A stretch of DNA of 64,000 bases. Source: Glycera tridactyla. Its lineage: Eukaryota. Location: positions 125,674,001 through 125,738,000 of the forward strand of contig OZ286459.1 in NCBI GenBank assembly GCA_965644265.1, written 5' to 3'. A program made the translations under genes and the position numbers. This document shows, one piece after another, positions 48,292 to 61,811 of this stretch (position 1 is its first letter; each line of letters starts with the position of its first letter). The notes below the pieces were generated by a model. That model saw only the letters and a program-made list of their open reading frames with translations, was not told the DNA's origin and did no database searches.

Positions 48292-50089
48292 GACAGTCAG
48301 TCTATTTCTCTCTGATTGTATCATCTTTGTGTCTCTGTCTGTCTGTCTTGTCCCTCCCCCTAATCAGTTGATGTCCTTCTATACATTATCAGTATTAGCT
48401 GAACATATCTTTCTATTCACTATTCACTCTGTACATAGGTTCTGTACTTGAGCTTGAATATGTTGGATAGCATGGAATCAATTGAATCTTGCCATTTGTA
48501 GGAGTGTACTTCTCTTTGTGAAAGACTAGTCAATCAAGCATGCTCTAGAGCTCAGAATTAAGTGACAAAGTTCAGCAATCAGGTCTAAGGTACAGAATTC
48601 TCCCATTTTGGTTTCATCATGTGGGACGCTCCTTCCAAGCAGGGATGCATGAAATTTAGCTTGTCAACCATATTCATGAGATATGCCAGAGTAAAATGAA
48701 TCCAGTCAAGTGAGTGAACCTGACATGACTGACCTCTTGTAGGAGACCACTCTTTTTTAAATATTTTGTTATTATGCATGTTGATATTTTATCACAAGTT
48801 TACCTGGTTGAATGGTTGTTCATCTGAGTATTGGAGAGTATTATGAATCAAAAATCTACGTAGGAGAAGACATTTAACTGGAAGATATTACTCTGCTTGA
48901 AGAAATACTTGCATCCTTGATGATGGATATCCTGGCCACTATTCTACATTTCCCTGTCATGAAATTGACAAATCCGAGCAACAAAATCTTTGGTCAAGTG
49001 TTACAATCGTGGGGAATATTTACCCATTAATTTTGTGTGGAATGCTTCGATGCTTGTTGGAGAATCTTCTTGTACATGCTTGTACATTACACAGGACAAT
49101 CAGATATGATAGGTGAAGATCAACTTTAGGATGAATGATATTGAATGATGCATGGATGAGTTACTGATCGCATGGTTGGGAAACAGCAAGAGCATTTTGG
49201 GGCATTCTGTGATGAATAATGAATGATGTTTCAAGGGATCTCATATCATTAATGGAAATCCAGCCTAGTGGAATATTCAATATTCAAGAAAGATCTAAGT
49301 ACCCATGAGCAAGTGAATGTTGTGGACATATTGTCACAATGAAGAGCTTCGTAATAAGGCATGTTTCATATCAAATACTGTGGCAACCATTGCCATGGCA
49401 ACTAGCATAACACACATTTCTTTTCAAAAACATACATTTGTATCTAGCGTCATGTCTCCCTTGCCGTGGTATGCGGGATTCCAACTCTTTCCTTTGAGAT
49501 ACATTCATCATGCAATAATAATGGTTTGAATATTTGATTTGGTTGATCATATTTCGTGCAACTGGACCCAAAAGTCCATATTTTCATGAATTCAGAGTGA
49601 AACATCACCAAATACATAAAGGGTATTGTAATTCTTCACACAACCTGGGATCTGGTGCAAATGTGTAGTGTTGATTAAAAGTAATAGATGCCCTGGTTAC
49701 CATGGCAACCTTGGGCATGGTGATGTGATATCTTTCCTGTATACATAGCCTCACTTTGTGGGTCAGTGATAATCATACTGCCCAGAGATTCAGTATCAAT
49801 GCAAGTGCTGGAAACAGATTAAATGACATGAGATGGTAAGAAAACATGAATGGCTTTGTGCGTATGCATGAGAACTAGTCAGCATGAGAACTAGTCATTT
49901 GAATCCATCATTGGAGTATTCTTCACTAGTTTGAGAATTCAGTTTCATATACATATATTTATATCTGTTGTTCTGATATTTTCTGAATGTGCCATCAATT
50001 TGTTAACTATATAAGTTGTGGATGTAACCTTCTTGTCTTTCATTCTAAGTGAAATACCATCTACAGACTCCATCACTCTACACACTCAC

Positions 50090-50136
<47 letters not shown>

Positions 50137-50457
50137 TCTCCAGGTTTCATCAGATGGTGAACCCCTATGGGCTTTTCTTGTAGATACTTGAGTGTGAATG
50201 TCACACACAGCCTTTCAAGGCCTGGTGCAGTAAAACCTGTATTGAGAGACCTGAAAGAGGGGTCTCCCAAAACAGGTTTCACTCTAGTAGCATTCATGTA
50301 TACTGTAGTTCTTTATTAACTGAGTTTCAGGATTAGCTCAATCACGTCATGAACTACAACAGGTGATTCTCTGATGTTCTTGATTATGCTATGTTTATCC
50401 TGCATGCCATTTTATGTTGGATGCAGGAATTTTATCTCTATTGGTATCATTTACTCT

Positions 50458-50527
<70 letters not shown>

Positions 50528-50850
50528 CTAAGGCATCTTATAATTAGAACAGTCAGATGATGGCATCATTGATACAACCTTTATGACATTCTAATTATGG
50601 TGACAACATTCACTCCAGTGTGCGTTCACCTCCGCAAAACCTGTCTCTCATCTTTTGTTCTGGAATATTGAAGTGGCCCAAGGATGGACAAAAACCTTAT
50701 GTGTGTATTCTAAATGAGTCATCTTTTTGATGATCACTATGTCATTTCCGGATGAGGTGATGTAAGTCCACAGGATGAACCCAACACAGATCATCATTGT
50801 CTGCTAATGATTGTTTGACATCCCTCTATACATCAGGATGAATGGTCTAC

Positions 50851-51603
50851 AAGATAGGCATCACACTGATGTCTGCAGCAAGATAGGCACCACACTGATG
50901 TCTGCACCAAGATAGGTACCACACTGATGTCTGCAGCAAGATAGGTACTACACTGATGTCTGTCGCAAGATAGGTATCACACTGATGTCTGCAGCAAGAT
51001 TGGTACCACACTGATGTCTGCAGCAAGATAGGTACCACACTGATGTCTGCAGCAAGATAGGTACCACACTGATGTCTGCACCAAGATAGGTACCACACTG
51101 ATGTCAGCAGCAAGATAGGTACCACACTGATGTCTGCAGCAAGATTGGTACCACACTGATGCCTGCAGCAAGATAGGTACCACACTGATGCCTGCAGCAA
51201 GATTGGTACCACACTGATGTCTGCAGCAAGATAGGTACCACACTGATGTCTGCAGCAAGATTGGTACCACACTGATGTCTGCAGCAAGATTGGTACCGCA
51301 CTGATGTCTGCAGCAAGATTGGTACCACACTGATGTCTGCACCAAGATAGGTACCACACTGATGTCTGCAGCAAGATTGGTACCACACTGATGTCTGCAC
51401 CAAGATAGGTACCACACTGATGTCTGCAGCAAGATAGGTACTACACTAATATCTGCATCAAGATTGGTACCACACTGATGCCTGCAGCAAGATTGGTACC
51501 ACACTGATGCCTGCACCAAGATAGGTACCACACTGATGTCTGCAGCAAGATTGGTACCACACTGATGCCTGCAGCAAGATTGGTACCACACTGATGTCCG
51601 CAG
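50851..51603. repeat. 29-bp minisatellite, about 26 copies
   Basis: Unit AAGATAGGTACCACACTGATGTCTGCAGC, head to tail, no spacers. Confidence 0.95.
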
Positions 51604-52245
51604 TAATCAGCATACAGTGAATCAGTGATAGGACACCATCCTTGATATTACCTGAATGAAATGTGGTCTTTTGAAAGAGGTGGTCTCATCGGAAATGACC
51701 AACTTTGTCAAATGGAGAATTGGTCCTAATATCAGAGTTTGATCTGCTGTTGAGTCTATTGAAACATTCTTATGAAACTGTTGAGATAGTCATCTGCATA
51801 CAAATAAGTCCTTTCTTGATGGTTCCTGTCTCTTTGGTGTATATGTTAATGTCGAATGATCACACTTGAACTTGGCCTCATAGTGCTCAGATAATCATTC
51901 CATTTTGTAGGAATTAGTTATGTTGTTTGTGTTATACCAGTATCCCTACATCATACTCATGTTCGATATTTGCCTGCAGCTTCAACATACATGTATGTGA
52001 TGAAACCTTTTATTTCAGATCAAAATGAGAAAGAAAGTTGAAGTTTCTTATCATTTCAGGCCAGCTACAAATGAATAGAAAGGCAAGCTTGCAAGAATTA
52101 TATCTCAATAGAAGATTTAATCCCTGGCATCATGTATGATATCCTGGTACATGTATTACACATGTATCTCTATCAGAACACCAATACTGCCTGCATCCAA
52201 GTATTTGCTTGTATCAAATATTTTAATCTGCCAATCTTTGGAGAT

Positions 52246-52393
52246 ACAGTCGAACCTGCTCCAAAGACCACCTCTCTATAAAGGCCACCCTGAGCTGTGA
52301 CCATGGTAGTACGTTCAACAGTGAATGACCTCTCTATCAAGAGCACCTGCCTATGGTCACTTCTTAGGCAGTCTTTATAGACAGGATCAACTG
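52246..52393. mobile_element. Tc1/mariner-type MITE, CAGTC family
   Basis: TA-CAGTCGAACCTG...CAGGATCAACTG-TA. Interior resembles 18497-18665. Confidence 0.65.
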
Positions 52394-53317
52394 TATAAGA
52401 TTATGTCGATAGTATAACATGCCCAATTTCTTGAAAAAAATTATCAGGTTGGAAACATTGATTTGAGATGTCATCTCTGAACCAAAATTGTGCATACCAG
52501 TTGACATATTTGGGTACCATCATCAGGCCAGTCATCTAGAAAAGTTCTCTTTCTCAGATTTCTGATTATGTCAACCAAACTGTCAATAGTTATGTTCAAC
52601 TTATGTTTGTGAGGAAAAATGTCCACCGTAAATGCCCTCACTGAATCAGAGGACACTGTCTTATTGATATCCAGTCAGATGATATGAACATCATTGCGCC
52701 CACATTATATATGTAATCACAGCTTTCTCTTGTAAGACGTCACATTCAAGAAGAAATGGGAGATCACATTTGCTATTTCCATGATGAGGCACAGATTTGG
52801 TGTCATGATTGCAAAGCAAAGTATTTGTATATCTGATACCTTATGTTTAAAAAGAAACAGAAAAATACCAACCTAACATGCTTCAATTCAGCATCTTGGG
52901 AAAGCTTCATTCAATCAATTTTTTGTGTGAATATTGTCTGTTATTCTAGTCTGCTGTCGACATATTTTATCAGCTCTTATGTATGACATGAAATGGAATC
53001 ATTTCAATTTATGGGATATCAGTTGTTCTCCGCTAGTCAGTTGTTTGCTGCCTGCCATTTGACTCATAACAGGTATGAGTCTAGTGGTGATTGAATATGA
53101 CAAATTACCTTGATGCTATATTAGCAGTCATTGATTTGCTATTCAAAAAGGTGAAGACATGTCTTGAATTTAATATATCCAATAATACTTTTTTCACCCA
53201 CGAAAGTAATTCTTTTAGATGTTTTCATCACTTTAGATGATTCCAATGTTCCAGGATATTGGTCAGTGAGGATGAAATACATTTGTGAAGCCCGTCTTGA
53301 GATCATACACTTGATTA

Positions 53318-53662
53318 CAGTGTCCAATCTAGAAATTGATTTAGCCGGGGGGGGGGGAGACGCCCCCTTCTCTGAAAAAGGGCGCATTTTCTGGAAAATA
53401 GGGGCGTTTTCGGAGGAAGGGGAATTTTTCCAGGTGATGCCATGATGTTTCAAATAAATGGAAGAAATGAGCTTGGTAGTGTGGCCAGGTAAAAACGATT
53501 ATTTATCCAGGAAACAGAATAGACAATGTCATTTAAATGCATCGATTTGGGCTTTTTGATGGGTTGAAATGTGCCCTCAATCCAGAAACAATGGGCGTCC
53601 CGTCAGGTCTCAGGGGGTAATTTGACCAAATCCCCCCCCCCCCTCCCCTGGATTAGACACTG
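53318..53662. mobile_element. hAT-like MITE with poly-G/poly-C subterminal tracts
   Basis: TIRs CAGTGTCCAATCTAG and CTGGATTAGACACTG (13/15). Flanks TGATTA and TGATTC. Confidence 0.6.
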
Positions 53663-55280
53663 TGATTCGGAACTTTATAATGAATGTGGTCATTTTGAAT
53701 GGGCGGTTATATAGTTGAGGTGGACTGGTGCAGGTTCACCTCTACCACTTTTACAGTAGTCATCTGGTTGGCGCCATACTAGCAACACTGCTGTTTACAC
53801 TTGGAAAGTTGCCGATCTCCGTTCCCTACATATTGACATTTTCTCTTCATTTTCACATTATATCTCATTACTGTGAAGTTTGAAAGTTTGAGGTTGAACA
53901 AAATTATTACATAGCCATAAATTGGATGTGGTTGCTCAAGACAAGCAATTGCTTAAGGGCTGATGCAAAATTTTGCAGAATTGTGAGGTAGCGACGTAGA
54001 TGTCATTGTTTTTTTGCCGTAAAATTGCTTGGTGAGTTGTCCTTTTAGGGGAAATTGCTACCATACAAATGTGTGAGAATTACTTCCATTGCCCATCCTG
54101 TGTTTTGTGCAAGCTTCGGTGAAATGTTGATGAATAAATTCGGATCAGATATGCATTTGCCATTTTCTCCTTTCATTCCGAGCAAATACAACTTGACAAA
54201 TACCATTCAAGACAGGAGTGTGTGTGCGCGCGCGCGTGTGTGTGTGTGTTTCGTCCATCTGTCTGTCTGTCTGTCTGTCTGTCTTTGTCGGTCTGTCTGT
54301 CTACCTGTTTGTGTTTCTCTGTGTGTCTGTGTGTGTTTCTCTGTCTGTGATAAGCTTGTAATGGCATTAGCTACTGCTGGCGTGGGGACGACACTTAAAT
54401 TCACCAAGTTTTTCAACACCTAGAATGAAGTCAGCATGGCGATGCTTGACTGATGCCTGATTGGCGTGCATTGCATTGTATGCTGGTAGCTGGTTAGGTT
54501 GAGCGAGAAGAGGTTATCTTCCCTCACAACCTCCCCCCTCTTATGACACCCACAGAAATGACACCTGAGTGTCTGCGAATTTCATAAATTTTCGCCTTCT
54601 TTTGGGGACCCAGAGAGAGCAGTCTCGAATGACCCCATCCACTGATGCCCGTTGCATGTGGGACACGAACCTATTCACTATAGGATACATCCCTAGTTCC
54701 TTCTCGTGATATAAACACAACCTGTAATTATTACTAGTGTCACATACTAAGGATTGCTTGGTTTGTGTCTCGAAAGCACCAACGAGGTGATATTCAGGTG
54801 CCGATTACATAGGCATTGGTGGGATCGTTAAGGGCTCTTACATCCTGGTACCTGGGCGAAGGTGAAATTAGATCAAAATCGCAAACAGTATCATTTCAGA
54901 CATTGTGCATGAGAGAAAACCGATAAGCGAGAAGCTAATTGCCAAGAAGTTTCAGAGACACACACCTGAAAATGCCTGTCATGTAACGCACATGATACAC
55001 GTCATCGACAAAATAGCTGTCATGTGATCGGTGTAATCAGGTAGAATGTAAATAAATACCTGCAACTTTGGTATACACCCACTCTCCGGATTAGTATCGT
55101 GGCAAACCTCCCTTATGTACCTTACATGATCCTACCAGTTCTTTCATTGCATATCATTTATCATGGATAGCCCTTCACCAGTTGATGTGAATTTGGCCAA
55201 AATTCAACATCTTAGGAATTTTTCAATTCTCTGAGTTTATGATGTCAAATAATGGAATTGAATCCTATCAGAATCAAACG

Positions 55281-55654
55281 CCCATGGAAGCGGATATGAT
55301 TTTTTTCCTGAAATATGGATTGGCCCTTGCAAGTAGTGGTCATACCTTGGCGGGTCAATGTCCCTACGATGTTGGCATTTTGACGACATTGGACCAAAGT
55401 TGGAATTTGGCAGATATTGACTGACGTCGAAATGCCAACCTCCACCCACTGTTGACTAGACGAGCGTCAGTCAGATATAAAGTGTCAAAAGCTGGTTGGA
55501 AAACTGACCTACTTCTACGTCTCACCGTCGTCGGAAACTGGACGTCATATTGCCAATATCGGCATTACGTCAGCCTGACGTTGATGGTATGACTGCAAGG
55601 GTTGACGACGTTTCTTGACATTGGTTCACAACGTCAGGATGCTATCCGCATGGG
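55281..55654. mobile_element. CCC-terminated MITE rich in GACGT motifs
   Basis: CCCATG(GAA)GCGGATA versus TATCCGCATGGG. Flanks CG and TG, compatible with a decayed 2-bp TSD. Confidence 0.5.
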
Positions 55655-57441
55655 TGAATATCATGTTATAAATTACTTTAGGACACCGAGAGAAATCGGG
55701 AAAATGCCAATGAGACCTATCCAGTCCTTGTTTGTATTCGTTACAAACCTGGATACATTTCATTTGTTAGTAAATCATCCCGGCCAGAGGCACATACTTC
55801 CATAAAGCTGGTTCTAAGATGGCAGTTTACAGATGAATACAAGTACACTGATGCATTTTCTTTTTTCGAACACTGTGATTTGTTCAAGAAGAAAGCATTA
55901 CTATCAGGATTGAGTGTCTGCTTCCGACCTATTACACAGAAACACAAAGAGGGGTATCTGAACTGTCATCTTCTTGCTTTGACAGCCTCTCTGGTTCACA
56001 TCATCTTATGTTTGGGGTTTGTAAGAGTGATGCCAGCAGGGACAGGGCATGCATCCAGCTTTCCTTGATCTGGAATCCTGAGGGTTGAAACATGCATCTA
56101 AGCTCAAACGAACAAACAACAAAGGAACCCCAACAGGCATATTCCCGCAAATCTCTCGTATTACAATCCCCATGCTGTCCAGAAAATAGCTATCAAACAG
56201 TTTATGTAAGTCAATATATGCACCCCCCCCCCCCCCCACACACACACACACAAGTACCCTCTTTTCCCCCTCCCTCCCTCCGTCTCTCATCCAGCTTTGG
56301 TTGAAGGGATGTCAAATATTACTCAATCAATAAACACCCATCCCTCACTCCCTCCTCGCCCCTCTCTCTTCCTCTTTGTTTCTCCTCTCTCTACCCGAAG
56401 AGAGGTGGGAGGGAGGAGTATGGGTGGGTGGGAGTCAGGGAAAGCAAGCCCTTGAGTGAATATTTATCTGCCTGCATCTGCGCGTGAGTGCTCTACCCAC
56501 ACGGGCTCGTGGAATGATATGACAGTATCTAGTAAGGACTCGAGAGCTACTCTGCCATCTTGAATCTATGTAACAGTCGACATCCCTGCCTGGTTGCTGG
56601 CAGAAATATGTTACCGATTTGTGAGACTTTATTAAGTGGGAACTTGCAGCATCCTCTACTTACTCTGAACCCGCTCTTCGGAACCAATGCCTAAGACAAC
56701 GTTGATTGTAGAAGTAGAAATAAGATGATAACCTATACGCATCACGCAGGAATATACCATGATAATTTAGAATTTTGCAATAATAAACACATTATTGGTG
56801 GTTTCAATCACTTATGGAGGTTATTCACCTCGGGGTCAGTCAGTGTTTGGGAACGTGTCAATTCACAACGCAATTCCAGCCACCTTCCGTGCTATGTGAA
56901 GTTCATTAATTTTCCCGTTCTGTTGGAGACCGAGAAAGACGAAAGATCTCACGTCATATCATTTTCAGGATGAGACCTGCCATAAACTTCAAGAATCACG
57001 TGTCATGGGGAGCTGTCAAGGATTCCCCCGCTGCAAAGCGTCACATTGCATGGTATGAGCAGTCAACCTGATACTATCCTGTGCCCTATTACTAGCTAGA
57101 TCATAATTGGTCGGACATATGCCTGGCTACCAATACACCTTTTTTATATGACGCCTCGTGGTTTTCATATCATTGATGTTCCGATGCTGGACCAAACGGA
57201 TCGGTCTTCAATTGTCCCACACTGGCATATACATGTATGCCCTTTGCACAAGGGTCTCAATGTGACCGAGAATATGCTCATGAAACGTCAACCAACCAAC
57301 CAAACAATCGACCTTTCAGGATGAGGTATTTTGTTACCCCCCCCCCACCCTCTGTGCGAACATCACAATATAGCCCTTACGAAACTGTCACAACGTTCAA
57401 CCACAATCGATGGTAGTCTGTATATTCCGTGGATGGACATT

Positions 57442-57515
57442 TAGTTGCCCCCCCCCCAGTCTAGTTGCCCCCCCCCCAGTCTAGTTGCCCCCCCCCCCCA
57501 GTCTAGTTGCCCCCC
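57442..57515. repeat. (TAGTTG-C9-11-AGTC)x4 poly-C tandem repeat
   Basis: Direct reading. Confidence 0.85.
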
Positions 57516-60357
57516 CGTATATCTCAGTGTGTGTACAGACTGAAAACTATCAGGCTAATCCTCTAAGCGAACAGATAGCGAGGTACTATCAAGTAGATTC
57601 ACATCCAGTAATCAGCCTGCCAGACTCATATTCCCCAGCAAGTATTGCTAATTAGCTGGGTGCATTTCGTAATGTTATGTACAATGCTTCATCGTAGAGT
57701 GATGATAGTTCCCGGTTGTTTTTGGTAGAATCAGGCTCGTTGAGGAGCAAGCATCGGGCTTCTAGTAATCTTANNNNNNNNNNNNNNNNNNNNNNNNNNN
57801 NNNNNNNNNNNNNNNNNNNNNNNNNNNNNNNNNNNNNNNNNNNNNNNNNNNNNNNNNNNNNNNNNNNNNNNNNNNNNNNNNNNNNNNNNNNNNNNNNNNN
57901 NNNNNNNNNNNNNNNNNNNNNNNNNNNNNNNNNNNCTTGAGCGATGGTGGACATATGTTTAAATTGCCGAACAAAGCTGCAAGACTTCCCCGAGAGCTGC
58001 AAAATATTTTCCATTGACCCGAAATATTTTCAAACACTATATCACTACACTCAGCTAACATGGCAGATGTTGCTAGTTTCCGGGTGTTGTTTGTTGGCTT
58101 CTTAGGGCGTGTGGCCCCGAGGCAAGTGAATTTATGCATGCTCACTTCGGCCCACTTCCTTCTGCTGATTAGTGAGATACTCTACACGCAGCTATCCTAC
58201 ATCAGAGTCATGCGGCATACACTCATCCACTCAATCAATCAATCAATCAATCAATCGACCGATATATCAATCAATTAATCAACCATTCGATGAATCACGT
58301 ACTCACGGAGGGTGAAATCAGCACCAGCCTAATGTGGCAGGTCGTTTTCTCCATTGATCGGTTGATGTCACCCAACTCTCGATGTGTAATGATGAAGACA
58401 AAATATAACACAACTGCGTTGAGATTCCAATGTATTTAGCAAGCACACTGAGTTTGATAGTCAATTGAGGCAGATATGAAGCCACTCTTCGAAGCAATCA
58501 AATGGCGTTCGGCATCACAAAAAAACTCCCGAATTTCATTAATAATCATCTCCATTGAGGATCGTGAGGAGTCTCATGCGATTCTACCCATGTCGATTGC
58601 ATGGGCACCTCTGTACATGCCGCAGGGCACTGATGGGAGGTGAAACGGCTGAAGACTCGCCCATCCAACCAATCAAGCAACCACCATGTTACCAATAGGC
58701 TCCAGCTAAAATTATATTCAATGAGTGTCATAGAGATACGGCGCAAAATCTCAGGGGTCAACCATTCGCACAGTCTGAATTGACCCAGGAAGTTCAAATA
58801 CATACGTAATTGTGACGAACTGTGTTAGCGTGCCGCAGCTCATGCAAGACGTTCGAAAAATGAAATACGTCTGAGATTATATTTTCATAGAAACACTGAT
58901 GGGGGGGGGGCATTTTCGAATGATTCCTTCCGAAAGTCCACAACATGGTCATCAAATGCATTATTTGACCACTAAAACGTAGCATCGTATCCAACCAACT
59001 CAAGACTGACTCATCACCCGGCCAACCGAACCAAACCAAACAATCGAGCACCCATCTCATCAACCAACAAACTATCACCATGAGGGGGATGAGTGGGTCC
59101 CAAGAACACCCACCAGCAGTCAGGCAATAATCGTGTGATCCATCAGCAAAGGACATTTCTATCAGATGCAGAAAACTCGAGGATGTAGGATGAATATCAG
59201 CATGACTTGGTCTATTTGTCTCGGGTGGTGTCTAGTGGATCAATTGTGTCAGCGATATTCTTATCAGAGATTAATGATGGTGTATGTGCTCCAGGTGCTT
59301 AGCACATTTCATATGAAATTATCGATTTTTTTTCAAGATGGAGTGAAGAATGAATAACAGAATATAAGCTCTCACTGGACTGAAGATAAATTGTACAGAG
59401 ATGTAGGAGTTTATTTCACGTACATACATACGGACTATGTACTGAAAACACGATAGCATCTGGGGCGGCGAATTTCATCCTGGAATCACATCTATCAAAG
59501 CGAGTGACTTCGGTTTGGCTGTCAAAATCAACAATTCAGACCTAAGGGACACATCCCAATGCGATTAATATAACAAGTGCCTTCAGAATGGTCCAGGTGA
59601 TCGAGATTATCCTGGTTTCTTTGGAAATATATATGGGAATCAGTCGGGTCATCTAGGGCACTTCCGGGACCGTGGAGAGGGAAGGTTTGTTTCTCGGTGG
59701 ATTTTTCCTCTATGGAGGTTGAATACAAAAATTAGCCCCCATGCCGGTCGCAAGAATGCGGACTAACTCCTCGAAAGCCCCAAATCCAAAATGGCCGCCG
59801 GCAGCCATACTGAAAATCATCTTTTTGATGATTTGGCCTACAATGATGAGTAATATATGGATTTGGGGCAATTTGGGGTCAGAGAATTCATTTCTGATGT
59901 TGTTTTGATGATCTGAGGTATCAAATGCAAGATGGCTGCCAATTTTGTATGCAGACAGGTCATATATCCAATTGTATTCAAGAACCCTGAAAAAGGCTAG
60001 AAAATAACTCATTTCATGCAGAATTGATTCCTGACAAATTGAATAAGAAATTTAGCTCCCATGCCACTGACAAGACGGGAATACCGCATGTGATTGACAG
60101 GTTCGATTGTACATACTAGTTTTCTGTATTGAAATAATTACCGTCCTCATTGGGACAAGCCTGATGTCCAGGATACCAGGTCGAGACGCTGCTGAATAAA
60201 GTCCACAAACAATCGCAATTCTATCATGGATTTGTCGTGTCATTCGGCCTGCTGATTGGAGGATGGCATCACGATTATGCTAATTGTGCGACAAACACAC
60301 GTCACTTCAGTAACCCAATAGACCAGTGTCAGATTGGTCGTCTGTTATTGGCATGAT

Positions 60358-60399
<42 letters not shown>

Positions 60400-60645
60400 G
60401 GCGGGCGTGTGTGTGTGCGCGTGTGTGTGTGCGCGCGCGAAAAATAATTTGGGCATTTGGAACACATTTCATGGACCTGTTGCCAGTACAATCTGGAAAT
60501 ATGTCTCTGACATGATTTCTATCACTAAAAAAATGTGTGTGAATGTGAGTGCCAGGTTTCGTGATACATTGACCTCTGGAGGTAACACACTGCCAGCGCT
60601 CTGGCTTAACTGCCTCCATTGCAGATCCATTTTAAGTGGATCTGC

Positions 60646-60826
60646 CATGGGGCAGAGGACAAGAGCGTTGGCAGTTTGTTGCTGGCGAGGGTGCCAAACT
60701 GGAAGGTTGATGGTTCAAATCCCATACAAGCCAAAAAATAATTTGGGCATTTGGAACACATTTCATGGACCTGTTGCCAGTACAATCTGGAAATATGTCT
60801 CTGACATGATTTCTATCACTAAAAAA

Positions 60827-60867
<41 letters not shown>

Positions 60868-60900
60868 CGTGCGGGCGGGCGTGTGTGTGTGCGCGTGTGT
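60646..60900 (+). mobile_element. tRNA-headed SINE-like copy of family D with (GT)n tail
   Basis: A-box-like TGGGGCAGAGG (60648-60658) and B-box-like GGTTCAAATCC (60712-60722), then D core and (GT)n. Confidence 0.55.
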
Positions 60901-61480
60901 CAGCCAGATTATCTCTTTCAGTTGCTTTCTATTTCCTTCTGGTTCATCTGACTGAAAGATCATTTCGACACTCCTTGGTGCAAAGTACTCTAAACCTCTC
61001 TTCCCATCTCCATGTAGTTTCTCTGTGCATCTACATTCAAATAATGGGAGTCCAATGTCTCCTTTCTCTTGTGAGCATGCTCTACATAATTTCGAGCTCC
61101 CCGATTGAATATTCAGCGGACATTGTTTAGCCTTAGTTTCGACATTTTTTGGCTCTCTTCAGAGTTATTTTTCTTTCCCTGTCGGTCCTAATTTCGGGTG
61201 GTTCAGTGCATTTGTTTCTGATTTCCATTTCTCTGTTTCCCACCCCCTGTTCTCTTCTTTATATAATTTTCCATTCATTATTTCTTTCCACTGTACTCCA
61301 GCCATCCAGATCGTCTATCTTTTTTCTGTGGATTTCTCGACTTCTTTCAACCACCTGCTTTTTCTTGAGTTTTGATGGCGAGGCTGGATTTTATAGGTCT
61401 TCCGGCGATCACCGAACTTTCTTTCAGTACGTCTATGTGCTCTTGAATATGATTAGCTGTAATTTTATTGCATTCATTGG
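60900..61480 (-). pseudogene. Decayed 3' fragment of a LINE ORF2 (C-terminal zinc-knuckle region)
   Basis: Minus-strand frameshifted mosaic MSKLRLNN/PLNIQSGSSKLCRACSQ/KETLD/LFECR resembles the CCHC knuckle of non-LTR elements. Multiple stops. Confidence 0.4.
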
Positions 61481-61811
61481 GCGGAACTGACAAACTTCCG
61501 TGCATGAAGCAATCATGCAAATATCAGGGTACTATTTTGTATGAGCAGTAACACTTTGTTCGGTTTTTGACACAAAAAACGAGACGATCAGTGAATTGAG
61601 TTGCTTCAATTGTCCAATCGCCTCATTTTCGTGATGAATAGAATTCGTTTGGCACATCAAACTAAATACAGGTACCATAAAGATCATTACATGTTTATAA
61701 TAGCGCTCAGATGGTGGCGATTTCGTCAAGAACAGAATTGGTCAAATGTTGCCACCATGATTTCCTTTGTTTACGTTTTCAGCGTCCTTATTTGGCCACC
61801 AGAGGACAGGT

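Noticed and set aside
50851-51603. CRISPR-like array or repeat-protein ORFs (179 and 204 aa)
   Set aside because: Units are contiguous with no unique spacers. The ORFs come from a stop-free repeat unit and lack gene context.
51789-51803. Minus-strand LYADD resembling an RT active site
   Set aside because: Isolated in a short frame bounded by stops, with no other RT motifs.
60646-60730. Functional tRNA gene
   Set aside because: A/B boxes are mismatched, no cloverleaf is evident, and it runs into a dispersed repeat, so it is treated as a SINE head.
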